The notes under the pieces: model-generated
Database searches by the model: none
What the model saw: the letters and a program-made list of their open reading frames with translations, nothing else
Told to the model about the DNA's origin: nothing
Shown here: positions 10,163-19,854 of the stretch, piece by piece
How the letters are laid out: the number at the start of each line of letters is the position of its first letter
How positions within the stretch are numbered: position 1 is the first letter of the stretch
Translations under genes and position numbers: made by a program
Assembly: GCA_963805085.1 (NCBI GenBank)
Contig: CAWDTA010000004.1
Span: 224,001-288,000, forward strand
Source: an uncultured Veillonellaceae bacterium
GTDB lineage: Bacteria > Bacillota > Negativicutes > JARBTT01
Reading direction: 5' to 3'
Length of the DNA stretch: 64,000 bases

Positions 10163-13100
10163 TTACATTAATTCATTCACATTTTTCGGTTGTTTTTTTA
10201 TTTTTCTAGTACCAAATTTATCTGAAATTTTTTCTACTACCACAAACATAACTGGGATGAGGTAAATCCCCATAACGGTCGCTACAATCATACCACCAAC
10301 CACGGCAGTCCCCATTGCATTACGCGCACCAGCACCAGCACCAGTTGCCACTGCAAGTGGTAAACAACCGATAATAAACGCAAGTGATGTCATGATAATT
10401 GGGCGAAGACGAAGTTTTGCCGCTTCTACAGCTGCTTCTACTACTTCCATGCCTCTATCAACACGAACTTTTGCATACTCTACGATTAGAATTGCATTTT
10501 TCGCTGCCAAACCAATCAACATAACCAGACCGATTTGCATATATACACTATTAGCTAAATCACGTGCATACTCTGACAATAAAGCTCCAAAAACACCTGT
10601 TGGTATACAAAGCAGAACTGCGTAAGGCACTGTCCAACTTTCGTAAAGTGCTGCCAAACATAAGAATACAAATAAAATCGCTAAACCGAAAATAACCATC
10701 GTTCTACTACTAGCTTTTTGTTCTTCACGACTTTGCCCAGACCATTCATATTTAAAGCCCTCTGGCAATGATTCTTTAGCAACTTCTTGCATTGCGGCTA
10801 AAGCCTGCCCTGAACTATAACCATTCGCCGCCGAGCCATTAATTTGAATGCTACGTAAAGCATTGAAACGCGAAATATTTGCTGCAGCCGTTGTTGTTTT
10901 TGGTTTCAGCAAAGTATCAAGAGGGATTAACGCCCCAGTAGAAGATTTTACATATAGGAAACGTATCGTATCAGCTTCATTACGAAAACCACTATCCGCT
11001 TCCAATACTACTTTGTAAGTGCGCCCAAAACGATTAAAATCATTCACTTGCGAGCCACCAAAGTTTACTTGAAGCGCTGTAAATACATCGTCAAGCGCTA
11101 CACCGAGATTTTTAACTTTTTCACGGTCAACTTCAAATTCAACATTTGGTGAATTAATTGCAAATGTCGAATAGGCTTTTGAAATTTCTGGACGTTGATT
11201 CGCTGCAGCTACGAATTTTTTCGTAATTGTATCAAGTTCTTCATCCGTATGCCCCGACACATCTTGAAGCATCATTGTAAAACCACCGATCATACCAAGA
11301 CCAGGAAGCGATGGTGGATTGATTGGTATAATTGTAGCATTGGTAATCGCTGCTGTGTTTTTCATTATCATACCAATTTCTGCATTAATTTGCGTTTCTG
11401 GTGTAGTCCTTTCGCCCCAACTGTCAAGACTAATAAAAATAACCCCAGCATTCGATTTTGTTGCATTAGATAACAAATCTATACCACTAATTTCCATAGT
11501 ATTTTTTACACCAGGTTGTTGATGAATTGCATCAGCTACTTGTTTTATGGTTTCTTTTGTTCTATTTAAACTAGTACCTTCTGGTAAAGAAACCGCCGCA
11601 ATCAAGTAGCCTTGATCTTCATCAGGAACAAATGTTGATGGTACCAATTTGAATAAAGTAACAGTACCAATTACAATAAGCAATAAAAATAAACAAGCAT
11701 ATTTTGCATGGTGAATAATAGTTTTTACAATCTCACCATAAGTATTCGTATTTTTTTCAAACCATGCATTAAATTTATCAAAGAAACGTCCTAACCAGCC
11801 TTGATGTGCATTTGGAACATGCGGTTTTAAGATCATCGCACAAAGTGCCGGTGTTAAAGATAACGCCACAAACGCCGATAATGCCATCGATACAGCAATT
11901 GTTAACGCAAACTGTTTGTATAAAATCCCGGTCATGCCACCAAAGAATGCAACTGGAATAAATACACATGCAAGCACGAATGCAATTGCTACAACCGGAC
12001 CGGATACTTCATCCATCGCAAGTTTCGTTGCTTCTTTTGGATCAAGCCCTCTATAACGCATATTATGCTCTACTGCTTCAATAACAACAATCGCATCATC
12101 CACTACTAACCCGATTGCCAGAACCATCGCAAACAAAGTTAACGTATTAATGGAGAAGCCAAGTACTGAAAATGCGCCAAAAGTTGCAACCAACGATACT
12201 GGAATTGCCAGCATCGGAATCAACGTTGCCCGCCAACTTTGTAAGAATAAAAATACTACGAGTAATACGAGTAACAATGCCTCGGCAAACGTCTGTACTA
12301 CCTCAATGATAGATTCACGAACATATTCCGTATTATCTATAATTGGCTCTAGCTTCATATCTGGTGGAAAGCTTAATGAGGCTTCATCAAGTACTTTCTT
12401 AACTGCATTAACAGTTTGTAAAGCATTCGCATCATTTGTTAATTGAACACCAAAACCAACCGAATTCATACCATTTATTTTACTTCCAACCGTATTTGCT
12501 TTTGGTCCTGTTTCGACACGAGCAATATCTTTTAAGTAAATGAAGGAACCATTAGTTTTAGCACTAATGATAACATTTTCAAAGTCTTCAACTGTAGTAA
12601 GACGTCCTTTTACTTTACCAGTATATTGGAATTCTTGACCAGCAGGTGCTGGCATTTGACCAATCGTTCCAGCTGGCGCTTGAATATTTTGTTCTGTAAG
12701 TGCTGAAGATACATCGGCAACCGTTAAGCCAAGCTCTGCCATTTTATCTGGATTAATCCAGATGCGCATGGAAAAATCAGAACCATAGATATTGACATCC
12801 CCAACACCGTTAACACGTTTGATTGCATCAATGAGATAAACATCCGCATAATTTTTTAAGAATGTATTGTCATATGTCCCATTGGGAGAATATAACGCTA
12901 CCATGTACGCCATATCGGAAGAAGCTTTTTTAGTCGTAACACCAACTGATTGTACGGAAGATGGTAAGCTTGCATTCGCCTGTGCCACGTTGTTTTGCGT
13001 TTTAACAGCAGCCATATCACCATTTGTATCAGCATCGAATGTAACAGATAAGCTATATTTCCCACTATCATCACTGTTACTGCTCATATAATCCATACCC

Positions 13101-13318
13101 TGAACACCATTGACTTGTTGTTCAATAACTTGGGCTACTGTCTGGTTAACAACATCAGCACTCGCACCTGTATAAGAAGTACTAACGCTAACTGTTGCTG
13201 GCTGAATTTGCGGATATTGTGCAATTGGCAAGTTTACCGCGGAGATTGTACCTAAAAGCACCATCATTAACGATACTACAATCGCAAAGATCGGCCTTTC
13301 AATAAAAAATTTTGCCAC
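10163..13318 (-). CDS. RND efflux permease (AcrB/HAE1 family)
   Basis: FFIERPIFA, AIGLVVDDAIVVIE, AKNAILIVE, RLRPIIMTSLA; 1051 aa. Confidence 0.97.
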   Translation of the reverse strand: MAKFFIERPIFAIVVSLMMVLLGTISAVNLPIAQYPQIQPATVSVSTSYTGASADVVNQTVAQVIEQQVNGVQGMDYMSSNSDDSGKYSLSVTFDADTNGDMAAVKTQNNVAQANASLPSSVQSVGVTTKKASSDMAYMVALYSPNGTYDNTFLKNYADVYLIDAIKRVNGVGDVNIYGSDFSMRIWINPDKMAELGLTVADVSSALTEQNIQAPAGTIGQMPAPAGQEFQYTGKVKGRLTTVEDFENVIISAKTNGSFIYLKDIARVETGPKANTVGSKINGMNSVGFGVQLTNDANALQTVNAVKKVLDEASLSFPPDMKLEPIIDNTEYVRESIIEVVQTFAEALLLVLLVVFLFLQSWRATLIPMLAIPVSLVATFGAFSVLGFSINTLTLFAMVLAIGLVVDDAIVVIEAVEHNMRYRGLDPKEATKLAMDEVSGPVVAIAFVLACVFIPVAFFGGMTGILYKQFALTIAVSMALSAFVALSLTPALCAMILKPHVPNAHQGWLGRFFDKFNAWFEKNTNTYGEIVKTIIHHAKYACLFLLLIVIGTVTLFKLVPSTFVPDEDQGYLIAAVSLPEGTSLNRTKETIKQVADAIHQQPGVKNTMEISGIDLLSNATKSNAGVIFISLDSWGERTTPETQINAEIGMIMKNTAAITNATIIPINPPSLPGLGMIGGFTMMLQDVSGHTDEELDTITKKFVAAANQRPEISKAYSTFAINSPNVEFEVDREKVKNLGVALDDVFTALQVNFGGSQVNDFNRFGRTYKVVLEADSGFRNEADTIRFLYVKSSTGALIPLDTLLKPKTTTAAANISRFNALRSIQINGSAANGYSSGQALAAMQEVAKESLPEGFKYEWSGQSREEQKASSRTMVIFGLAILFVFLCLAALYESWTVPYAVLLCIPTGVFGALLSEYARDLANSVYMQIGLVMLIGLAAKNAILIVEYAKVRVDRGMEVVEAAVEAAKLRLRPIIMTSLAFIIGCLPLAVATGAGAGARNAMGTAVVGGMIVATVMGIYLIPVMFVVVEKISDKFGTRKIKKQPKNVNELM

Positions 13319-13333
13319 TTAATTTACGCCCCC

Positions 13334-14506
13334 TTATGAGTTGAAGGACAATTGCAACTCTTCTGGAGTTACCTCTGTCACATCAAGGGCTATACCACTT
13401 TGAATCTTTGTTAACCCCTCAACAACAACCTTATCTGCTGCTGTTACACCAGATTTAACGATATAATAACTACCCACTTTTGAACCAAGTTTTACTTCAC
13501 GTGATTCAGCTTTATTATCTTCACCAACAACAATTACAAATGTTTTTTCCAACAATTGTTGAACTGCACGTTGCGGAATCAAAATCGCTCCCGGAACCGT
13601 TTCACCAGTAATTCTCACACGACCAAACATTCCTGGTATGAGAACACCATCGGGATTACCAAAGGAGGCTTTGAAACTTAATGTACCAGTTACTGTACCG
13701 CTACTATTAGAAAGTGATCTATCTTGCTGCTCAACTTTCCCCAGTACAGAATAGGATGAACCATTACTTAAAGTTAAAGCAACATTGTTCCCCCAGCCAT
13801 TGGCAATTCCGCCTTGATTACTTGCTGCTAATTCCAGATATTCATTTTCACTCATACTAAATTGAACAAACACCGGATCAGCCGAAGACACCGTTGCAAG
13901 AGTTGTAGAACCTGCTGTTACATAAGTACCAACACTAAGATCATTAACATCTAAACGACCATCAACTGGAGAAACAATAACAGTATCAGCTAAATCATCG
14001 GCGGCTTTTTTCACATTCGCACGATTATAGTCTACTGTTGCTGCATTTTCTCTTTCTGTAGCTTGTTGTGCAGTTAACGTTTGTACTGCAAGTGCGTCAT
14101 TGGCAACTAATTGCTCATAACGCTCTCTATCTAGCTGCGCATTGCTTAATGTCGCTTTTGATTGGGCTAAAGTTGCCTGTGCAGAATTTAACGCACTCTC
14201 ATATTGACGTTGATCAATTTTAAAAAGAGGCTGCCCTTTATGTACTACGTCACCACCATTGACTAATTTTTCTACGATATTCCCAGATACTCGTGTTTGA
14301 ATTTTCACTTCATTCTTCGCTTGTACTTGACCTGCGTATTCATAAGACATAGGAGTATCTCTTTGAATTACTGGCATCGCTTTTACTGCAACGGCTCCAC
14401 CGCCCTGCATTGCTTGTTGCTTATTCCCACATCCAACTGTCGTTGCTAACATGCTTATAGCAATCAAGCTAAAGCAACAAGCTTTCATTTTTTTTGCTGA
14501 AAACAC
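13334..14506 (-). CDS. RND periplasmic adaptor (AcrA-like lipoprotein)
   Basis: Lipobox VGC; lipoyl/hairpin motifs; LIPGMFGR; adjacent to permease. Confidence 0.93.
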   Translation of the reverse strand: MFSAKKMKACCFSLIAISMLATTVGCGNKQQAMQGGGAVAVKAMPVIQRDTPMSYEYAGQVQAKNEVKIQTRVSGNIVEKLVNGGDVVHKGQPLFKIDQRQYESALNSAQATLAQSKATLSNAQLDRERYEQLVANDALAVQTLTAQQATERENAATVDYNRANVKKAADDLADTVIVSPVDGRLDVNDLSVGTYVTAGSTTLATVSSADPVFVQFSMSENEYLELAASNQGGIANGWGNNVALTLSNGSSYSVLGKVEQQDRSLSNSSGTVTGTLSFKASFGNPDGVLIPGMFGRVRITGETVPGAILIPQRAVQQLLEKTFVIVVGEDNKAESREVKLGSKVGSYYIVKSGVTAADKVVVEGLTKIQSGIALDVTEVTPEELQLSFNS

Positions 14507-14715
14507 TATTTTCTATTCCTCCTTCATATTTAAAACCCATAAAATCACATACCTCGCTCAAAATATTAAGCAAGACATGTGATTTCTCACAAGTTTTAAT
14601 TAACTCATTTTTAATAGTAAATAGTTATTTACTATTCATGAATATTATAGTATATTATTGTTATATGTTTGTCAATCTATTTTTACCGAAGAAAGGAGAA
14701 TCCATTTTAATCATT

Positions 14716-15147
14716 ATGGATAAGATTATAAGAAGATCTCTAGCAAAAGGTATCGCTGAAAGCTTTACCGTCTTCCATCAGAAGTTTGTCCGGGAACTGC
14801 CTTTTACTGTTCCCGCCAATCATTGCCTTACCTTGGTGATTCTACATGACCATGGAACACAAACTATTTCTGAACTATCAGAAAGATTACTAATTTCAAA
14901 ACAACAAATGTCTCCTATCATTGATAAGTTATGTAAAACAGGCCTTGTCAAACGTGAACAAGATCCTAAGGATAGACGAAATAGTAATATTACCATTTTG
15001 CCAGCTGGCTATGCTATTTTAGAAAAGCATCATCAAACCATGATTGATATATTAGATAGAAAATTAGAATCTCTTGAAGATATTGATATAATAGAATTTC
15101 AAAAAGCGTTAAAAGTTTGTTTTGGAATTTTCCACAAAATTTCCTAA
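14716..15147 (+). CDS. MarR-family regulator, divergent from RND operon
   Basis: TISELSERLLISKQQMSPIIDKL..GLVKR..DPKDRR. Confidence 0.9.
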   Translation: MDKIIRRSLAKGIAESFTVFHQKFVRELPFTVPANHCLTLVILHDHGTQTISELSERLLISKQQMSPIIDKLCKTGLVKREQDPKDRRNSNITILPAGYAILEKHHQTMIDILDRKLESLEDIDIIEFQKALKVCFGIFHKIS

Positions 15148-15242
15148 AGAAAAATCATTTTGTTAATTTTTCTTTCCTTAATTAATGGAATAAATCAACT
15201 ACATATAAATCACACACATTTGTATTACCGCCACAAACATTA

Positions 15243-15350
15243 TTGACATATGAAATGTAATGGTGTAGACTACTTTTTAAGTCATTTATTCGACTTTTAT
15301 GTGTGCCTATCAGCCAAGATAACCACTTGTTATCTTGGCTGTCATTTTTC
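15243..15350 (+). promoter_or_regulatory. Sigma-A promoter followed by leader hairpin/terminator
   Basis: TTGACA 15243, TAGACT; 13-bp stem cagccaagataac/gttatcttggctg then tcattttt before the RBS. Confidence 0.55.
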
Positions 15351-15381
15351 ATTATTAGAATACATAGGAGGTTTTTCTATT

Positions 15382-16341
15382 ATGAGTAAAAACAGATTGG
15401 TTATTGTTGGCGTAGGTAATGTTGGTTCTGCGGTATTAAATCGTGCGATTGCCTTTGAATTGGTTTCTGAAATCGTACTGATTGATAGTAATGAAAAAAA
15501 AGCAATTGGTGAAGCATTAGATGCAGAGCATTCCACCCCATGTAATTACAGTGCAAATATTCGTGTGCGTGCTGGTAGTTATGAAGATTGTAAAGATGCA
15601 CGTCTGATCATCATCGCAGCGGGTACAGGTACAATTAACGGTAAATTAATTCAAGATAGATTATTACTGGCTGAATATAGCCTTGGTATTATCAAGGAAG
15701 TTATGAAAGGGATCACAAGCTATACAAGAGATGTTCCTATTATTATGATTACGAACCCACTTGATGTCACGACTTACTTAGCTGCTAATTTCTTTGACTA
15801 TCCTAAATATAAATTATTTGGCACAGGTACGACACTTGAAACACATCGTTTCAAGAGAATCGTTGCCAACCATTACAATGTCGATGCTAAAGATGTGCAA
15901 GGTTATATGCTAGGTGAACACGGTAACTCCGCTTTCCCTGCTTGGAGTACATTATCCATCGGTGGCATGCGTGCTGATCGCTTAGATGAATACTTTAGCC
16001 CAAGCAATCCACTTGATCGCAGCTTTGTTGAAGAAGAAGTTGTCAAAACAGCATTTGATGTATTACATTTTAAAGGATACACCAACTATGGCATCGCAAT
16101 GGGTGCGTGTCGTCTTGCCAAAGCAGTGTTATGGAATGAACGCAGTGTATTACCAGTTTCCACTACACTCAAAGGCGCTTATGGCTTAAGCGATGTTTCC
16201 CTTAGTCTACCTGCCATCATCACCGAAGAAGGTGTCGAAAGAGTACTGCAAATTCCACTTTCTGATCAAGAGTTAGAAAAATTACAGTTTAGTGCAAACA
16301 GTATTAAAGCAGTGTTAACATCTAATAATCTAATTAAATAG
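15382..16341 (+). CDS. L-lactate/2-hydroxyacid dehydrogenase family
   Basis: GVGNVG Rossmann motif, ITNPLD, GEHGNS, KGYTNYGIA; atypical substrate loop. Confidence 0.88.
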   Translation: MSKNRLVIVGVGNVGSAVLNRAIAFELVSEIVLIDSNEKKAIGEALDAEHSTPCNYSANIRVRAGSYEDCKDARLIIIAAGTGTINGKLIQDRLLLAEYSLGIIKEVMKGITSYTRDVPIIMITNPLDVTTYLAANFFDYPKYKLFGTGTTLETHRFKRIVANHYNVDAKDVQGYMLGEHGNSAFPAWSTLSIGGMRADRLDEYFSPSNPLDRSFVEEEVVKTAFDVLHFKGYTNYGIAMGACRLAKAVLWNERSVLPVSTTLKGAYGLSDVSLSLPAIITEEGVERVLQIPLSDQELEKLQFSANSIKAVLTSNNLIK

Positions 16342-16356
16342 TAAAGGTTGATTCAG

Positions 16357-17529
16357 ATGAGAAATTTTACTTCCTTAAAAGCAGCGCAATTTACCGAATC
16401 GGTTATTCGTGAAATGTCACGCGTCGCAAATGCAAACAAAGCAGTTAACTTAGCACAAGGGTTTCCTGATTTTCCCGCACCAGATGCGCTAAAAATTGCT
16501 GCTGCTAAAGCAATTTTTAATGACCACAACCAATATGCCATCACTTGGGGTACTAAGGAACTTCGTGATGCTCTCGTTGGCAAAATTGAACGCGACTACA
16601 ATACAACCCTTGACCCCGAAAAACAAATCACGGTTTGCTGCGGAGCGACGGAAGGTATGATTGCCACATTACTTGCGACCATTAATCCTGGCGATGAAGT
16701 AATCATCTTTGAACCATTCTATGAAAATTATGGCGCCGATGTCATCCTTTGCGGAGCAACTCCTCGTTACATAACGTTAGAAGCACCAAATTATGTACTT
16801 GATAAAGAAAAACTAGCAAGTCTTTTCAATGAAAAAACTCGGGCAATTATTTTAAATACACCTAACAATCCAACTGGTAAAGTATTTACCTTAGGAGAAA
16901 CACAATTTATCGCTGATCTTTGCCAACAATACGATGCTTTAGCCATCAGCGATGAAATTTACGAACATATTGTATTCGATGGTACGAAACATATTCCGAT
17001 TTGGACGCTACCAAATATGTTTGAACGATCGATTGCCGTCAATAGTGTTTCTAAAACGTATAGTGTAACTGGTTGGCGGATTGGCTTTGTTACAGCTTCA
17101 CCTGAACTTACAGCATCTATCCGCAAGGTACATGATTTCCTAACGGTCGGGGCAGCAGCTCCGCTTCAAATGGCAATTGCCGAAGCTTTTAATTTCGGTC
17201 AAGATTATTATGATCAGCTCAGTGCCTTTTACTTAGAGCGCCGCGACTTTATGCTTAAGGTGTTAAATGATGTTGGCTTTCAATGTATTGTTCCCCATGG
17301 CGCTTATTACATCATGGCCGATATCACGAACTTTGGCTACGAAGATGATGTTGACTTTGCTTTTTACCTAGCTGAAAAAATTGGCGTAGCGGTAGTTCCC
17401 GGCTCGACTTTTTATCGCGCTAATATGCCTGACGGCAAAAAATATGTCCGCTTCTGCTTTTGTAAAGAATATACAACACTCCAAGCAGCTGCTGGTCGTT
17501 TAGCTAAATTAAAAGGTTATAAAAAATAA
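16357..17529 (+). CDS. Class I PLP aminotransferase (YbdL/MtnE/kynurenine-type)
   Basis: NLAQGFPDF, NTPNNPTG, SDEIYE, SVSKTYSVTGWRIG, RFCFCK. Confidence 0.92.
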   Translation: MRNFTSLKAAQFTESVIREMSRVANANKAVNLAQGFPDFPAPDALKIAAAKAIFNDHNQYAITWGTKELRDALVGKIERDYNTTLDPEKQITVCCGATEGMIATLLATINPGDEVIIFEPFYENYGADVILCGATPRYITLEAPNYVLDKEKLASLFNEKTRAIILNTPNNPTGKVFTLGETQFIADLCQQYDALAISDEIYEHIVFDGTKHIPIWTLPNMFERSIAVNSVSKTYSVTGWRIGFVTASPELTASIRKVHDFLTVGAAAPLQMAIAEAFNFGQDYYDQLSAFYLERRDFMLKVLNDVGFQCIVPHGAYYIMADITNFGYEDDVDFAFYLAEKIGVAVVPGSTFYRANMPDGKKYVRFCFCKEYTTLQAAAGRLAKLKGYKK

Positions 17530-17577
17530 AGACAAATGCCTAGCGAGTTTTATCTCTGCTAAGCATTTGTTTTCTTT

Positions 17578-17919
17578 TTATATGCCATCACCGTACAGCC
17601 CTTGTAAATCTTCAAAACGATGTTTTTCTAACTTTTCAATTTGTGCCACTTTATAATCCTTAATATTGATACTGATTTGCCCAAACTTAATATCTTTTAA
17701 ATAGCAATTTAACTTCTTACGTAAATTTTCATGAATCTGCTTGTTTGATAAAGTTCTTTTTTCTTTCTTTTTGCTGATGCTGGCAGCATCCAAACGAAAT
17801 TTTTCTGTTTTTTCAAATTGAATAAGACGTCCATCTTGAACTGTCAAAATTACCGTACCATAGCCTGTATCTATCACTTCATCTTCAATCAAAGTCCAAG
17901 CTTCTCCCGATATGATCAA
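17578..17919 (-). CDS. Tandem DUF2292 (YezD/OscA-like) protein with CysE-like C-terminal tail
   Basis: Two repeats GYGTVILTVQDGRLIQFEKTEKFRL and KFGQISINIKDYKVAQIEKLEKHRF; ends LYGDGI; TTG start after GGTGGTGA (alternative GTG 17940). Confidence 0.8.
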   Translation of the reverse strand: MIISGEAWTLIEDEVIDTGYGTVILTVQDGRLIQFEKTEKFRLDAASISKKKEKRTLSNKQIHENLRKKLNCYLKDIKFGQISINIKDYKVAQIEKLEKHRFEDLQGLYGDGI

Positions 17920-18046
17920 TGCAATCTCACCACCAAACACTTCGTTTTTAAATTACATAGAAAGTTCCCGTAAAATGTTCCTTTTTTACATTTATAGGTA
18001 TACTATCATATAAAGCCATTTTTTTCAATTGGATCTATCAATGATT

Positions 18047-18910
18047 CTATAATGCGGTTTTTAACTTTTCGGTAAACTCCGCCCAACCAATACGCTCAAG
18101 CATCGTATAGAAACGTTCTTTCTTTTTGCCATTGGCTGCAAAATAGTCAAGTGTGATATCGATTACTTTATAAACCTCTTCAACACTAAATACTATTGGT
18201 ATAATTTTCTTACCAATAGCGATGGTATTGCCAAATAAACCGCCAAAATAAATTACAAATCCTTCTCGCCCTGTCCAGGACTTTCTCGGACAAATCTTAA
18301 CGCATTTGCCGCATTGTACACATTTATTTTCATTATAGTTTAATGTTTTTTTATTTTTATTTACGCGAATTGCTTTTCCTGGGCAGACTTTTACACAAGC
18401 GCTACAATAAACACAGTCGTCTTCCGACCACGCTGGCTGTAATCCACCTTTAATACCAATATCATTGATATCAGCTTTCAGGCAATTATTTCTACAGCCA
18501 GTAACACCAATTTTGATCTTATGTGGCAACTCACGACCATAACAACGTTTGTCAATTTCATCGGCAAGTGCTATCGTGTCAACATGCCCATGCTGACAAA
18601 CAGCATTTCCTTGACAGGCCGTTACCGTTCTAACTCTTGACCCACATACGCCAATTTGAACTTCACCATCTGCTAGTGCAGCTTTAAAAGCTTCGATATC
18701 TTCCAATTTGATATAGGGTATTTCCACGCTTTGTCTGGAAGTAATATGCACATAACCTTTGCCATATTTTTCAGCCGCTTCACTGATGGTCTGCAACTGC
18801 TTAGCAGTAATTTGTCCGCCGATCACCCTCAATCTTACCGAAAAATGATCTGCCTGATTTTGTAACATAAATCCATTGCTTTTTAAATTTTTATAATCAA
18901 CTTGTACCAT
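18047..18910 (-). CDS. Siroheme sulfite/nitrite reductase-like protein with 2x[4Fe-4S] (AsrC-like)
   Basis: HITSRQ, TACQGNAVC, GVTGCRNNC, two CxxCxxCxxxCP. Confidence 0.88.
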   Translation of the reverse strand: MVQVDYKNLKSNGFMLQNQADHFSVRLRVIGGQITAKQLQTISEAAEKYGKGYVHITSRQSVEIPYIKLEDIEAFKAALADGEVQIGVCGSRVRTVTACQGNAVCQHGHVDTIALADEIDKRCYGRELPHKIKIGVTGCRNNCLKADINDIGIKGGLQPAWSEDDCVYCSACVKVCPGKAIRVNKNKKTLNYNENKCVQCGKCVKICPRKSWTGREGFVIYFGGLFGNTIAIGKKIIPIVFSVEEVYKVIDITLDYFAANGKKKERFYTMLERIGWAEFTEKLKTAL

Positions 18911-18952
18911 AAAAATTCTCCTTTATCTTATATTTTCAAAAACGCCAACACC

Positions 18953-19012
18953 AAAAAGGCAAAAGAGACAGAATTACACCTGTTATCTTTTGCCTTCAGT
19001 TATCTGATCAGC
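18953..19012 (-). promoter_or_regulatory. Leader attenuator copy 1 (21-nt hairpin plus overlapping terminator)
   Basis: GCTGATCAGATAACTGAAGGC then AAAAGATAACAG..CTGTCTCTTTTGCCTTTTT; promoter TTGACA(19067)-17-TAAATT. Confidence 0.8.
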
Positions 19013-19244
19013 TAAATATTGAATTTACTATTTCATCTAATTTACTAGTTTTTTATTGATTTGTCAATATAAAGATTACATTTCACCTTACTTCTTTATG
19101 AAAAATTCTATTCTATATTGTTTTGACTATATAGTAAAATACATTTGTAGTTAATCCAACAACACTTGCGGTTATATTAAAAGGCAATTGTACAAGCTCG
19201 GTGCTTTCATTAATATTGCTGACAATCATCCAATTTTAGAAATA

Positions 19245-19305
19245 ACAAAAGGCAAAAAATATAAGGTCATTTCTTATATCTTCTGCCTTCAGCTTTCCGA
19301 TCAGC
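19245..19305 (-). promoter_or_regulatory. Leader attenuator copy 2
   Basis: GCTGATCGGAAAGCTGAAGGC then AGAAGATATAAG..CTTATATTTTTTGCCTTTT. Confidence 0.75.
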
Positions 19306-19395
19306 TAAATATTAAATTGGTTATCTTAAATTACGTTAAATATAATTCCGTTCATGAGAGCTAACTATCATTTAGTGATTTCGTTAAAGCAAATT

Positions 19396-19473
19396 TTATT
19401 TAGGTGCAATAGCAGTCACAAAAGTAAGCACCAATAATATTGCCATAATTCCATAATTTGTCTTTTGATTCAT
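19396..19473 (-). CDS. 25-aa hydrophobic peptide (small protein or gene remnant)
   Basis: AAGGAGG RBS, MNQKTNYGIMAILLVLTFVTAIAPK*, directly after attenuator copy 3. Confidence 0.5.
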   Translation of the reverse strand: MNQKTNYGIMAILLVLTFVTAIAPK

Positions 19474-19494
19474 AAGAAATACCCTCCTTGATAA

Positions 19495-19556
19495 TAAAAA
19501 GACAAAAGTAATAGATTCTAAAATCTATTGCCTTTGCCTTTAGATTTCTAATCAGC
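19495..19556 (-). promoter_or_regulatory. Leader attenuator copy 3
   Basis: GCTGATTAGAAATCTAAAGGC plus terminator; consensus promoter TTGACA(19611)-17-TATAAT. Confidence 0.8.
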
Positions 19557-19854
19557 AAACCGCACTGTTTATTGATTTTTATATTATAATCCATTTTCAT
19601 AATTTTGTCAAGTATTTTTATAATTCAAGTGTGTGAATGATATACGATAATGTCCTATTATACAGTTTTTGATTATGTCCCAATCCACATGATATACTGT
19701 AGCCTTATTCAGAAAATATAGAATGTTACAGTTTTTTATTTATCTATTGTTTTTTTCCTTTTTTGTGTTAATATTATTGATTATACAATTAACTATATTT
19801 GGAATAAATATTAGTTAATACGTCATTAACAATATTAATAAGGAGGATTTTCTT

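Noticed and set aside
14494-14715. Long N-terminal extension of MarR
   Set aside because: AT-rich divergent promoter region; the RBS lies near 14693
18950-19560. Leader motif as SAM-I riboswitch, T-box or DNA operator
   Set aside because: Far too short, lacks S-box (ATCAAGAG..GAC.GGC) and T-box (GGTGGNACCGCG) signatures; covariation and G-U pairing favour RNA over a DNA site
19400-19600. 66-aa minus ORF
   Set aside because: Runs through promoter, attenuator and terminator; the RBS supports the 25-aa ORF in another frame
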